Part shown: in pieces, positions 20,373-30,683 of the stretch
Position numbering within the stretch: position 1 is the first letter of the stretch
Layout of the letters: each line of letters opens with the position of its first letter
Assembly (NCBI GenBank): GCA_943357985.1
Contig: CALRGR010000003.1
Span: 6,496 to 70,495 of the forward strand
Direction: 5' to 3'
Source of the DNA: Candidatus Levybacteria bacterium GW2011_GWA1_37_16
GTDB taxonomy: Bacteria; Patescibacteriota; Microgenomatia; Levybacterales; UBA12049
Length of the DNA stretch: 64,000 bases
Notes under the pieces: model-generated
The model's input: only the letters and a program-made list of their open reading frames with translations
Told to the model about the DNA's origin: nothing
The model's database searches: none
Program-made: the position numbers and the translations under genes

Positions 20373-21190
20373 AAATATTTGAATGCTAAAATTGCCGACT
20401 TTCCAGCAATTGGATTCTTTATTAAAATAAATAAACTCTGTGCAAGTATAAAAATACGATTTAAAATTAGTCCACTCTTAAAATGTTTCTTTCCGAACTG
20501 TAGTCCACTTTTAGTTTGATGATAAACCGCAAGGGGAGATACTTTGCCAACAGAGATACTCAGTTCATGCTCTATAAAAATTCCTGGTAATACATAAGTT
20601 AAGAACCCTTTATTCCTTGCTCTAATACAAAAATCCACATCTTCATAATACAGGAAAAACCGGCCGTCAAAAAGCCCAATCTTGTCAAAAATCTCCTTTT
20701 TAATTAACATTGCGCAACCGGAAACATAATCTACTCGTCTGGGTGTTTTACTTACGACTTTCGAAACCTCCTCATGAGATGTCCTTCCGAAAACTTTATT
20801 GAACTTTCCTCCAATGTCATAAACCACCTTACCGTCTTTTTTAAACTTTATCGCAGGACCCACAATTCCAACTTGCATACTTTCCTCAGAAAAGCCTATT
20901 AACCTGTCTAGAAAATTATCTTCAACAAGAGTATCATTATTCAGGAGTAAAACGTAATCTGCGCCATTTGACAAAGCATATTTTATTCCCACATTAACTC
21001 CCTCGGCAAATCCGAGATTTTTTTTATTTTTAATAATAGTTATTCTTTTGTCCCTAGATTCAAAATTCCCCCCGTTATCTACAACAACCAAACCTTGAAA
21101 AGTTAATTTACTTTGAAAAATACTTTGTAGGCACTGCTGTGTTACTTTAGGATCACCAAAATGTAGGACAATTATAAAAATCCTATTCAT
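20369..21190 (-). CDS. Glycosyltransferase family 2 (rhamnosyltransferase-like)
   Basis: VVDNG, NLGFAEGVN, LLNND, FFLYYEDVDFC. Confidence 0.9.
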   Translation of the reverse strand: MNRIFIIVLHFGDPKVTQQCLQSIFQSKLTFQGLVVVDNGGNFESRDKRITIIKNKKNLGFAEGVNVGIKYALSNGADYVLLLNNDTLVEDNFLDRLIGFSEESMQVGIVGPAIKFKKDGKVVYDIGGKFNKVFGRTSHEEVSKVVSKTPRRVDYVSGCAMLIKKEIFDKIGLFDGRFFLYYEDVDFCIRARNKGFLTYVLPGIFIEHELSISVGKVSPLAVYHQTKSGLQFGKKHFKSGLILNRIFILAQSLFILIKNPIAGKSAILAFKYL

Positions 21191-22274
21191 AACTATTTAT
21201 TATACTCAAGACATCTTTTCCGAACTTAATATTTGAAAACTGCTTCGATCTTTCAAGTCCTTTTTTAATCATAGATTTTCTTTTCCTAGAATTACCGGAA
21301 ACTTCAATGAGAGCATTTCCTATCTCCTTATAGTTGTTTGGATTAACTAAAATCCCTGCATCCCCTACAACTTCCGGAATTGAACTGATATTTGAACTTA
21401 TAACCGGGCAGCCTAAGGCCATAGCCTCAAGCATTGGGAAACCGAATCCTTCATAAAAACTCGGAGACACAAAAGCGACTGCGCCTTCATATAGGGACCT
21501 GATCTTCTCATCGCTCGAGTTACCTAGGAATTTTATATTTGAATTGTTCTTTTCTATCTGCTCATCAAACCACTTATCCCCACCAACTATGATAAGGTCA
21601 AAATCTTTACCTGTTTTTTCTAAGAAGAGTAGAAATCCTTTTATAATATTTGGGACATTTTTCCCCTTCTTCAAAGAACCGACAAATAAAAAATAAGGAT
21701 TTTTGTTTTTATATTTCTTTCCGCTTTGCTTAAAATCTTTATGCAGGCCAGGATAAGATACCATTATTTTTAATTTTTTAACTCCGTAAATTTTTGAGAT
21801 GTCTTTTTTTGAGCTTTCGGAGATAGTTAGAATAACATCGGATTTAGCTGCGGCTTCCCTACTGTTTCTTTTAAGCTTTGATAGATCATCATTATACATC
21901 TTAGGAAATTTTTCAAAAGCTAAATCATAAAAGAAGCTTATTGTGTAAGGTTTTTTCTCAAAAGAAAGATATCTGGGAATACTCTGTCCAAAACCTAAGA
22001 AAACATCCGTATTATCCCTACTGATCCTAAGAGGAAGCCAAATTTTTAGCCACCCCCTTGTAGGCCTTACCACAATATTTTTCATTCTAGAACCAAAAAA
22101 TTTAAGAAGTGACTTGTCTATTGGGTAAAAGCTATAAAGATAATACGTATTTTTTTTATCTAATTTTCCAAGCGTTACCAAAAGATCTTCAACCAACCTA
22201 AACACTCCCACCTTAAGCCTTTCATCTTTAACTCCTAAACATCCACAATCAACCCCAATAAGCACTTTTGCCAA
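21183..22274 (-). CDS. Glycosyltransferase family 4
   Basis: [23 protein letters not shown]. Confidence 0.92.
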   Translation of the reverse strand: MAKVLIGVDCGCLGVKDERLKVGVFRLVEDLLVTLGKLDKKNTYYLYSFYPIDKSLLKFFGSRMKNIVVRPTRGWLKIWLPLRISRDNTDVFLGFGQSIPRYLSFEKKPYTISFFYDLAFEKFPKMYNDDLSKLKRNSREAAAKSDVILTISESSKKDISKIYGVKKLKIMVSYPGLHKDFKQSGKKYKNKNPYFLFVGSLKKGKNVPNIIKGFLLFLEKTGKDFDLIIVGGDKWFDEQIEKNNSNIKFLGNSSDEKIRSLYEGAVAFVSPSFYEGFGFPMLEAMALGCPVISSNISSIPEVVGDAGILVNPNNYKEIGNALIEVSGNSRKRKSMIKKGLERSKQFSNIKFGKDVLSIINSYE

Positions 22275-23085
22275 ACCTCCTTAAAAAGTAATCTCCAATG
22301 CCGATTAGCTCATGCTTTTTATTCCTCGCTTGATAAATTGTTTTTGGAAGCCTAATTAATTCTCTAATCTTTATTGATAAAGGCGCAAATCTTTCAACAA
22401 ACAACATATGATTTCGTGCCATGTAGTATTGCATAGCAGGAGAGTTTTTCCCAACGGAAGATGAAGCCTTATGAATTATAGAAATATTCTTGTCGGTTGC
22501 AAGTTTAAAACCTGATTTCTTCGCTCTCTGGCAAAAATCTACATCTTCATAGTAGAGAAAATAGTCTTCTTTCAAAAATCCAATCTTATCGAAGACTTCC
22601 TTTTTTATAAAAATTGCTGTCCCAGATATGTAATCTAGTTCTGAATTTAATTTATGCTTTAGTATTGAGGAGTACCTTTTTTTATCCAATAACCCTCCAA
22701 CAGACCAAATTTTTCCGTTTTCATCAAAAATTTTAGGACCAATAATTGAATATCCATCAAGCAGTAATCTTGTGCTCTTGTTGAAGCTTTTCAGAAAAGT
22801 TTTGGGGACAACAGTATCGGGATTAAGCAGTAAAATTACATCTGCCCGAGAATTTAGTGCATGCTTTATCCCAATATTATTTCCCGCAGAAAATCCGAGG
22901 TTTTTTTTATTTTCTATGAGTCTCGCAAATTGGAATTTCTTAACCTGTAGTAGCGTCTTATCAGTTGACCCGTTATCCACAACAATAACTTTAAACCCAG
23001 ATTGTAACGAAAGAAGAGAATTAAGAAGGGCCGTAATAGTTTTTTCATTATTAAAAGTTAAAATTATTATATAAATTTTAAGCAC
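22249..23085 (-). CDS. Glycosyltransferase family 2
   Basis: VDNGSTD, NLGFSAGNN, LLNPD, YFLYYEDVDFC. Confidence 0.9.
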   Translation of the reverse strand: MLKIYIIILTFNNEKTITALLNSLLSLQSGFKVIVVDNGSTDKTLLQVKKFQFARLIENKKNLGFSAGNNIGIKHALNSRADVILLLNPDTVVPKTFLKSFNKSTRLLLDGYSIIGPKIFDENGKIWSVGGLLDKKRYSSILKHKLNSELDYISGTAIFIKKEVFDKIGFLKEDYFLYYEDVDFCQRAKKSGFKLATDKNISIIHKASSSVGKNSPAMQYYMARNHMLFVERFAPLSIKIRELIRLPKTIYQARNKKHELIGIGDYFLRRFGKSAYWG

Positions 23086-24328
23086 TCTTACTTCTCCTAT
23101 GATTTTGCATTAAAATTGCTAGAACAAGTAAAGAGAAAAGGAAAAATTCTGTAAGAACGGTAATGAAGCTTGAAGCAAGATATCCATATTGTGGAACATA
23201 AATTATGTTTAAAATAAAGTTTAATATTAAACCCAAAATGAGAATTATAATAATAGGAAGCATATTCCTTTTTACAAGAAATCTATAATATAGAAGATTG
23301 TTGATAAAAAGAAAAGGTATAGCAAAAACTAGAATTCTAAGAGCCGTTACGCTCTGAGAGAATCCATTTCCACCAAAAACATTTATTATGAAGGGAGCAA
23401 AAACATATGAAATTGACATTATTAAAAGAGAAAGTATAAGCGAAATAAAGAAAGAATGTCTAAATAATTTATTCAACTTATCATTCTCATTGCCTGCTTG
23501 AAATTTTGAGAGTAAGGGAAACACACTTGCCATATAAAATCCCCAAACTACAATAACGTTCTCAAGGGTCTTATATGCCAGGCTATATATCCCTACCTCT
23601 CCTGCGTTTTTAAGAACTGAAAGTATTATGGTATCCAATTTAAAATATGCCAGAGAAAAAAAAGTTGTAAAACCAATTGGAAGACTCAGTAAGAATATTC
23701 TTTTCGCCAAGGATTTATCAAAATTGAAATTAAAACTTATACTTTTCTTCAGCAAGATTACCGTAACTACAAGTCCCACTAAGTTTCCAAGCAAAACCGT
23801 TGAAACTATGCTGTAAAAACTAAATTTAAGAGCTATGAATAAAATTATAAGAGAGACTGTTACAACCTTTGTAATAACGTCAACAAGTGTTATAAAATCA
23901 AGTCTGATGTTGGACTGAAAAATTGCGCTTCCGAAACCCGTTATCCCGGATATACCAACAGCAACTCCTCCAATGAGTATTGCCGTTTTTAACATTGATG
24001 AATATGGAAAAAACAGTAAAAAAATGAATGCCAGTAACGTTGATAATAGAATTAAAATAATCTTTAACCAAAAATAAGTTCCATAAAACTTTTCGGCGTT
24101 TTCATTTTTACCTGCAAGCTCTCTAACCATTGTGAGCTGAAGTCCAAAATCTGCAATTACTGCAAAAAATGATATATATGCAAATACCAAGGTAAAATTA
24201 CCGTAGCCAGAAGCACCCAAGTAGCGAGTCAGAAAGCCAATTGTTACTATGCTCAGAAGAATAGATAGTACTTTTCCTACAAGTTGTATCGATGTATTAT
24301 AGCCAATTTTTATAAAAACTTTATCCAT
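23078..24328 (-). CDS. Polysaccharide flippase (Wzx-like)
   Basis: LTRYLG..YG, DFGL..VRE, DTIILS..VGIYSLA, many TMs; start at ATG 24328 because the ORF-track extension overlaps tRNA sequence. Confidence 0.88.
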   Translation of the reverse strand: MDKVFIKIGYNTSIQLVGKVLSILLSIVTIGFLTRYLGASGYGNFTLVFAYISFFAVIADFGLQLTMVRELAGKNENAEKFYGTYFWLKIILILLSTLLAFIFLLFFPYSSMLKTAILIGGVAVGISGITGFGSAIFQSNIRLDFITLVDVITKVVTVSLIILFIALKFSFYSIVSTVLLGNLVGLVVTVILLKKSISFNFNFDKSLAKRIFLLSLPIGFTTFFSLAYFKLDTIILSVLKNAGEVGIYSLAYKTLENVIVVWGFYMASVFPLLSKFQAGNENDKLNKLFRHSFFISLILSLLIMSISYVFAPFIINVFGGNGFSQSVTALRILVFAIPFLFINNLLYYRFLVKRNMLPIIIILILGLILNFILNIIYVPQYGYLASSFITVLTEFFLFSLLVLAILMQNHRRSKSA

Positions 24329-24333
24329 TGTTG

Positions 24334-24507
24334 TGGATCCGAAAAAATTCGAACCTTCGACATCTGAAACCTCCCCGCCACGCTTGTGCACGCATCTGGA
24401 TTTGAACCAGAGACTTCTTCGATGTGAACGAAGCGCTCTACCACTGAGCTATGCGTGCTTTGGCAGGCGGGTGTGAATACAGCGCTCTACCACTGAGCTA
24501 CGAGTCC
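24334..24507 (-). pseudogene. Outer, interrupted and degenerate tRNA-Val(CAC)-like gene: 5' half 24472-24507, 3' half 24334-24369, with a 102-nt insert that contains another tRNA
   Basis: 5' half GGACTCG TA GCTC AGTGGTA GAGC G CTGTA TT CAC A; 3' half T TTCAG ATGTC GAAGG TTCGAAT TTTTT CGGATCC A; imperfect stems. Confidence 0.7.
24387..24458 (-). tRNA. tRNA-Val(CAC), intact, nested inside the outer tRNA-like gene
   Basis: Acceptor GCACGCA/TGCGTGC plus discriminator A, anticodon stem CTTCG/CGAAG with loop TT-CAC-AT, T arm TCTGG-TTCAAAT-CCAGA. Confidence 0.95.
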
Positions 24508-24521
24508 AAAATTGCTAAATT

Positions 24522-24550
24522 ATCTTAGCATAAAATAGCCTCATTGACAA
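24522..24550 (-). promoter_or_regulatory. Promoter for the nested tRNA locus, overlapping a divergent lepB promoter
   Basis: Minus strand TTGTCA-17nt-TAAGAT with TG extension; plus-strand TTGACA at 24544-24549. Confidence 0.6.
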
Positions 24551-24580
24551 AAGAACTCCAATGTCCGACAATTTAAAGAT

Positions 24581-25150
24581 ATGTTTATTATCGCGGCACG
24601 TAAAATATTCCATCTTCTTTTAGATATTGCAGAAACGCTTGTTCTTTCAATAGTATTTTTTATATTCATTTGGTTTTTCTTTTTCCGTCCGTTTCAAGTC
24701 AACGGCCTTTCAATGTTTCCAACATTTAAAGATAAAGAATATGTACTAACTAATATAATCGGGCTTCATTTTTCAGATCCCAAGCTTGGTGATATTGTAG
24801 TTTTTAAATCTCCAACAAATAATGAAGAAGATTTTATAAAAAGAGTGGTAGCACTTCCCAGAGACAGAATTATGATTAAAAACGGTTCCGTGTATTTAAA
24901 CGGCAAGATACTGGACGAAAGCGCATATCTTAAACCGGACGTCAAAACTTACGGAGGATCATTTCTTAGAGAAGCTTCAGAAATTACAGTCCCACAAGAT
25001 CAATATTTTGCAATGGGAGACAACAGACCATATAGTTCCGATTCAAGAGAATGGGGATTTGTTCCTAAAGACTTTATAATCGGGGGCTCTTTCTTTGCCT
25101 ATTGGCCTATAGAGGATATGCGGACAATTAAAAATCCTTACAGCCGCTAG
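24581..25150 (+). CDS. lepB: Signal peptidase I
   Basis: GLSMFPT, FIKRVVALP, MGDNRPYSSDSREWG. Confidence 0.95.
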   Translation: MFIIAARKIFHLLLDIAETLVLSIVFFIFIWFFFFRPFQVNGLSMFPTFKDKEYVLTNIIGLHFSDPKLGDIVVFKSPTNNEEDFIKRVVALPRDRIMIKNGSVYLNGKILDESAYLKPDVKTYGGSFLREASEITVPQDQYFAMGDNRPYSSDSREWGFVPKDFIIGGSFFAYWPIEDMRTIKNPYSR

Positions 25151-25971
25151 GACTGGCTTAAAATGTCTGATATTTGTTTTAGCTTTGGTGTAGTTTGCTC
25201 TTGATCTCCCTTTATTACTAAAACAATTCTTGCAAGACTTCTTGACTGGAAAACATTAACTTTATCAAATCCCTGCTTCTGCTTAATTTTTTCTGCCATC
25301 TCATCGAGTTCTGGAATATAAAGTTTATCACTTATACTTCTTGGTTCTTTTTTCTCAACTTCAGATTTTACCTGTCTTGCCATTTCTTCTGTTTGACGTA
25401 CCGTGCTATTTTCTTTAAGGATTTTCTTAAATAAATCAAGCATTAGCTTTGGATCACTCAAGGATATAAGAGGCCTTACGTGCCCTTCCGTAATAACTCC
25501 TGCAACCAAAGCATCTTTTATAGCATCCGGCAATGACAAAAGTCTCATGGTGTTTGAAACCGTTGGAGCACTTTTTCCAACTCTCTTTGCGACCTCGTTT
25601 GTTCCAAGCCCAAATTCATCAATGAGTCTTTTATAAGCCTGCGCTCTTTCAATTGGATTTAAGTCTTCTCTCTGAACGTTTTCAACAATAGACATTTCAA
25701 GCATTCCCTGTGGGGTTGTTTCTTTTATAACAACTGGCACTTTCTCAAGACCCAAGGCTCTTGCAGCTCTCCAACGTCTCTCGCCTGCAATAATTTGATA
25801 ACCTGCTGGGGTCTTAGCAACAACTAATGGTTCCAAAATTCCCTGCTCTCTTATAGATTCAATTAAGTCGGCAAGTGAAGCGGAAACAATAATACCTCTT
25901 GGCTGAAGAGGATTTGCCTGAAGTACGTTTATATCCAATTCAAAAATTCTGGTTTCGGTTTGATTATCCAT
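25147..25971 (-). CDS. parB: ParB/Spo0J partition protein
   Basis: [32 protein letters not shown]. Confidence 0.93.
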   Translation of the reverse strand: MDNQTETRIFELDINVLQANPLQPRGIIVSASLADLIESIREQGILEPLVVAKTPAGYQIIAGERRWRAARALGLEKVPVVIKETTPQGMLEMSIVENVQREDLNPIERAQAYKRLIDEFGLGTNEVAKRVGKSAPTVSNTMRLLSLPDAIKDALVAGVITEGHVRPLISLSDPKLMLDLFKKILKENSTVRQTEEMARQVKSEVEKKEPRSISDKLYIPELDEMAEKIKQKQGFDKVNVFQSRSLARIVLVIKGDQEQTTPKLKQISDILSQS

Positions 25972-26215
25972 TGATTATTTCCACCCAATTTTTTCCTCTA
26001 AGTTTTTTAAAATTAACTATTCCCTCTAGTACTGCAAATAGTGTGTAATCATTTCCAATAGATACACCTTTTCCTGCAAAAAACTTTGTTCCTTTTTGCC
26101 TAACGATTATATTTCCCGGCTTTACTTTTTCTCCGCCATAAAGCTTAACGCCTAAGCGCTTTGAAATAGAATCTCTGTTGCCTCTTACGGCTCCTTGTGC
26201 TTTTGTATGTGCCAT
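25964..26215 (-). CDS. rpmA: 50S ribosomal protein L27
   Basis: [25 protein letters not shown]. Confidence 0.97.
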   Translation of the reverse strand: MAHTKAQGAVRGNRDSISKRLGVKLYGGEKVKPGNIIVRQKGTKFFAGKGVSIGNDYTLFAVLEGIVNFKKLRGKNWVEIING

Positions 26216-26304
26216 ATAAATTTATAAAGTAAGTCCCTGTGAAAAGCTTCTGTATTTTACAAAAATATTTTCACGCAGTCAAGATATCAAAGTAAACTAG
26301 ATGC

Positions 26305-26679
26305 TTATTTCTTTGTAGATTTCTTTTCTACTACTTTCTTCTTTTTTAAAGCTGCACTTTTTATACCACTATCAATACTTTCTATTGCCACCTTCGTAAG
26401 AAGAGCTCTAAATCCAATTGTCCTTCTGTATCTTGCTTTAGCCTTAAACTTAGAAACTCTTATTTTTACTCCTTTTTTTTGTTCTAAAATTTTTGCCTTT
26501 ACTTTAACATCAGGAAGCATTGGCTTACCAATTTTAACTTGAGAATCTGAAACCCAAAGTAGTACATTTTCAAAAGTAACCGAGCTTGCAATATCACCTT
26601 CAAGCTTAGCTATTTCTAAAATATCTCCCACGGAAACTCTATATTGTTTTCCACCCGTTTTGATTACTGCGTATTCCAT
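26305..26679 (-). CDS. rplU: 50S ribosomal protein L21
   Basis: YAVIKTGGKQYRV. Confidence 0.97.
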   Translation of the reverse strand: MEYAVIKTGGKQYRVSVGDILEIAKLEGDIASSVTFENVLLWVSDSQVKIGKPMLPDVKVKAKILEQKKGVKIRVSKFKAKARYRRTIGFRALLTKVAIESIDSGIKSAALKKKKVVEKKSTKK

Positions 26680-26699
26680 TTTGTCATTATATCAAAACC

Positions 26700-27785
26700 C
26701 TACCTAATTTCCAACACTTTATTATCTTTTCCCTCTTGAGTGTCAATAGCGGATAAAAATCCGAGAAGAATAAAACTTGACAACAGAGAACTGCCTCCAT
26801 AAGAAAGAAAAGGCAGCGTTACTCCTACAATAGGCAAAACGCCAACATTCATCCCAACATTTATAAAAAACTGGACTAGTAATATAAAAAAAGCAGTTAT
26901 GGAAAACACCCTAGGAAAAGTATCGCTGCACCTCGTAAATACTACGAATATTTTATATAAAAGCACTGCAAAAATTATAAGAATTAGAAGTGCTCCCACA
27001 AAGCCTAATTCTTCTGCGGTTGTAGCAAAAATAAAATCAGTATGTCTTTCCGGAAGAAATCTAAGAGCAGATTGAGTTCCTTGCCCTAATCCTTGTCCGA
27101 AAAACATTCCGGACCCAACAGCAATAACGGACTGAATTGCGTTATAAGAAGTACCTAGCGGGTCTGATGTTGGATTAATAAAAGTTAAAAGTCTTTGCTT
27201 TTGATATTCATGCAAAAACCTCCAGACAACTGGTGAAAGCATAAAAAAAAATGCAAGTCCACCCAAAAAATATTTAAAAGGAAAACCAAAAATTACCAGG
27301 GAGAGAATTACTACAAATCCATAAATAAGAGCACTTCCTAAATCCGGCTGAACAAATATAAGAAATGCCAAAGGCAGTAAATACAAGAACACCATAAGAA
27401 AAGTTTTAAATGATTGACTTTTGTGCTCTGAAAGATATGAAGCAAAAGAAATAGCCAAAAATGGCTTCATAAATTCTGAGAATTGAATTCTTAAGCCAAA
27501 AAATTCAAACCATCTTACCGCACCTCTGCTTTCTATCCCAATAAAAAGAAGAATCAAGAGAATAACAATTGAAGCAATATAGATGGGAGTAGAATATAAT
27601 TTTAAAATTTTATAATTAACATTTGAACAGATTAAAAATACAACAAGAGATACAAAAGCAAAAATTAATTGGCGCCAAAAAAGAACAGAACTCACAGAAA
27701 AAATAACCGTGAGGCTTAGTACTAAAAGCGCAAGTGCAGGAACCAAAAGTGAAAAATTTATATGGGACAGAATTCCTCTATTCAT
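26700..27785 (-). CDS. rodA: Rod shape-determining SEDS protein RodA
   Basis: GAVRW, QPDLG, YQKQR, LPERHTDFIF, LPFLSYGGSS. Confidence 0.92.
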   Translation of the reverse strand: MNRGILSHINFSLLVPALALLVLSLTVIFSVSSVLFWRQLIFAFVSLVVFLICSNVNYKILKLYSTPIYIASIVILLILLFIGIESRGAVRWFEFFGLRIQFSEFMKPFLAISFASYLSEHKSQSFKTFLMVFLYLLPLAFLIFVQPDLGSALIYGFVVILSLVIFGFPFKYFLGGLAFFFMLSPVVWRFLHEYQKQRLLTFINPTSDPLGTSYNAIQSVIAVGSGMFFGQGLGQGTQSALRFLPERHTDFIFATTAEELGFVGALLILIIFAVLLYKIFVVFTRCSDTFPRVFSITAFFILLVQFFINVGMNVGVLPIVGVTLPFLSYGGSSLLSSFILLGFLSAIDTQEGKDNKVLEIR

Positions 27786-30634
27786 TTGGCAAGAATTACT
27801 TTAAATTCCCCTTTTGAAATAGAATTAACTAATGCTTTGTTTTTAATTTCTTTTTCAAACTCTTCCGGCCAACTTTCTATGGAAACATTCACTTTGTCAT
27901 CTAATTTTGTTCCCAGAACTTTTCTCTCTTCTTGAATCTTCCTTACAATATCCCTAAACTCTCCCTCCGCTTTAAGCTCCGGTGTAATTTCTGTTACAAG
28001 CTTAACATCAAAAGTTCCACGGTCAACTTGGATATCTTTCACATTAACCTCATCTTTTATTAGCTGCTTAACTTCTTCAGACAAAGGCTGATTTGGTTCG
28101 ACTCTAACAATCAACAAGCTTAATGGCTGTCTTACTTTTATATTGTTTAGTTTTCGGACCGCGTGCCCTGCTTCAACAATTTTACGAGCATAATCCATCT
28201 CTTTTTCCAACTCCGGATTAAGCAAGCTTGAGTCCCCTTTTGGATAGTCTTCTAAGTGAACAGATTCTCCTTCTACCAAATTTCTATAAATTTCCTCCGC
28301 TATAAAAGGTGTAAACGGAGCCAAAAGCTTTGATAGCGTAACCAGAACTCCATACATTACAGACAAAGATGCATTTCTTTCATTCTCTTCCGAAGTGGAC
28401 CCTACTCTATCTCTTGATCTTCTTACATACCACATTGAAAAATCATTAACCACAAAATCCTCAATCTCCTTAAGAGCGCTCATTGCATCAAAGTCGTCCA
28501 AGCTCTTGTTTACGGAAAGTACAACATTTGTTAGCCTACTTAAGACCCACTTGTCAAGCACCGACAATTCCTTAGCCTGTATTTTACAATCCCAATTGGC
28601 GTTATTTGCGTATCCCACAAAAAAGCTATAGCTATTCCAAAGTCTTATATGGAAAAACCTTCTTACTTCATCGGCAACGTGATAACCAAAATTTACATTG
28701 TGTTCCGGGTTAGTTTTAAGATACAGCCATCTCATTACGTCTACGCCTATTTTATCCGCTGCTTCGTTAAATTCAACCGAATTTCCTTTGCTTTTGTGCA
28801 TCTCCTCTCCCTTTTCGTCCCTGACCGATCCAAAACCCAAAACTCTTTTGAAAGACGGCTTTCCTTCTAATGCTGCACTCATTGCAATTAAAGAATAGAA
28901 CCAGTTCTTAAATTGTCCCGGAAATGATTCCGTTATAAAATCTGCCGGTCTCCAATCCTCGGGCATTGTAGAATAAGGAACAATCCCTGCATCTAGCCAT
29001 GGATTTCCAACGTCCGGAATTCTGGACACCACTTCTCCGCATTTTTCACATTTAATCTTTATAGAGTCAATCCAAGGCCTGTGAGGACTATTTCCATTAA
29101 ATTCTTCCCATCCGGAAACTGCTTTTTCCCTTAACTGTTCTTCTCCGCCAATAACCTCAAAGTTTTTACAATTTTCGCAATACCAGATTGGAAGAGCCAA
29201 GCCCCAGTATCTTTTTTTGGAAATTAGCCAATCGTGCATGTTTTTAAGCCAGTCAAGCTCTCTTTCAAGCCCCCAGGCGGGCATCCACGTAATTTGCTTG
29301 GTAACTTCAACCATTTGCTCTCTGTAGGTCTTGCCCGAGCTGTCTTTTCTATCCATGGCTATATACCATTCATCAACAAGCCTCCATACAAGTTCCGTTT
29401 TGCATCTCCAACATGTTGGGTATCTGTGCGTAATTCTTTGCGTTGCGTAGAAATATTTTCCGTTTTCGAAAGACTTAAGATAGTCAATTATAAGCTCCGG
29501 ATGTTTTTTGGCATTTGCACCTGCAAATTCGCCCATTTCCGCAACGTAGGATGCGTCTTCTTCAATTGAGGGAATAACGGGCAGCTTATTTTCCTTACCT
29601 AGCTTAAAATCTTCTTCTCCTGCGCTTGGCGCAACATGCAAAAGTCCCGTTCCCTCCTCTATAGTTACTACGTCTCCGCCATCAATGATTCGATGTTTGT
29701 AACCCTCCAACGCTTCCTTAACAAGAGGCAAGCTATCAAAAGCCGCATCATACTCCCAACCAATTAAATCTTTTCCGATTTTTGTTTCAAGAGGTTCATT
29801 TTTTATATTCTCAAGAGAAGTTGCTCGTTTTTCCATCACCCATAGTTTCTCCGAATTTTCACCCGCAACCAAAACATACTTTTCTTTAGGATTTACTGCC
29901 ACGGCTACATTTGAAGGAACCGTCCAGGGAGTCGTGGTCCATACTAACAAAAACTCGTTAGATCGACCTTTTATTGGGAGCTTAAAATAGACTGTCTCAT
30001 GGGTAATTTCCTTATATTCCTCGGTTAAAATCTCGTGCTGGGAAATTGCTGTTCCGCATCTTGGGCACCATGGCACAGTATCGTGTCCCTTATAAAGCCA
30101 CCCTTTTTCATTTACCACTTTTAAGAAATTCCAAATGGCATAGTTATTTTCAGGGGAAGATGTATGATAGGAGTTATCCCAATCCATGAAATATCCCAGC
30201 CTCTTGGATTGCTCTGTTTGAACCTGAGAAAACTTTTTAACCCTCTCCTTGCAAAGATTTATGAATTTTTCAATACTTTTAAATTTGTCGCCCGAGACAA
30301 GATTTTCAATATCTTTCTTATTATGAAGCTGAAGCTCTTTTTCCACTTCCACTTCTACCCAAAGACCCTGCTCGTCAAAGCCATTCTGAAACCTCTGCTT
30401 TTTTCCCTTCATATTCCAGAATCTTTGCCAGAAATCTTTATAAGTTCTTCCCCATGCATGATGAACTCCCATTGGATTATTTGCGGTTATTGGACCATCA
30501 AGGAAGCTAAATTTTTCTTCCGAACTGTCATTTCTATGTAAATATTTTTTGACAATTCCGTCTTTGTACCACTTGTAAAGTAAATCTCTTTCCATTTGCG
30601 GAAAATCTACTTGAGGAGAAACGGGTTTAAACAT
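27782..30634 (-). CDS. ileS: Isoleucine--tRNA ligase (type 2-like, GVHH signature)
   Basis: DGPITAN, GVHH, WTTTPWT, GTGLLH, DWLISKKRYWG, EMHKSKGN. Confidence 0.95.
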   Translation of the reverse strand: MFKPVSPQVDFPQMERDLLYKWYKDGIVKKYLHRNDSSEEKFSFLDGPITANNPMGVHHAWGRTYKDFWQRFWNMKGKKQRFQNGFDEQGLWVEVEVEKELQLHNKKDIENLVSGDKFKSIEKFINLCKERVKKFSQVQTEQSKRLGYFMDWDNSYHTSSPENNYAIWNFLKVVNEKGWLYKGHDTVPWCPRCGTAISQHEILTEEYKEITHETVYFKLPIKGRSNEFLLVWTTTPWTVPSNVAVAVNPKEKYVLVAGENSEKLWVMEKRATSLENIKNEPLETKIGKDLIGWEYDAAFDSLPLVKEALEGYKHRIIDGGDVVTIEEGTGLLHVAPSAGEEDFKLGKENKLPVIPSIEEDASYVAEMGEFAGANAKKHPELIIDYLKSFENGKYFYATQRITHRYPTCWRCKTELVWRLVDEWYIAMDRKDSSGKTYREQMVEVTKQITWMPAWGLERELDWLKNMHDWLISKKRYWGLALPIWYCENCKNFEVIGGEEQLREKAVSGWEEFNGNSPHRPWIDSIKIKCEKCGEVVSRIPDVGNPWLDAGIVPYSTMPEDWRPADFITESFPGQFKNWFYSLIAMSAALEGKPSFKRVLGFGSVRDEKGEEMHKSKGNSVEFNEAADKIGVDVMRWLYLKTNPEHNVNFGYHVADEVRRFFHIRLWNSYSFFVGYANNANWDCKIQAKELSVLDKWVLSRLTNVVLSVNKSLDDFDAMSALKEIEDFVVNDFSMWYVRRSRDRVGSTSEENERNASLSVMYGVLVTLSKLLAPFTPFIAEEIYRNLVEGESVHLEDYPKGDSSLLNPELEKEMDYARKIVEAGHAVRKLNNIKVRQPLSLLIVRVEPNQPLSEEVKQLIKDEVNVKDIQVDRGTFDVKLVTEITPELKAEGEFRDIVRKIQEERKVLGTKLDDKVNVSIESWPEEFEKEIKNKALVNSISKGEFKVILAK

Positions 30635-30683
30635 ATTCTCTTATTCTAATTCAATTGAGCCTTATCTTCAAGGATCCTGTGGA

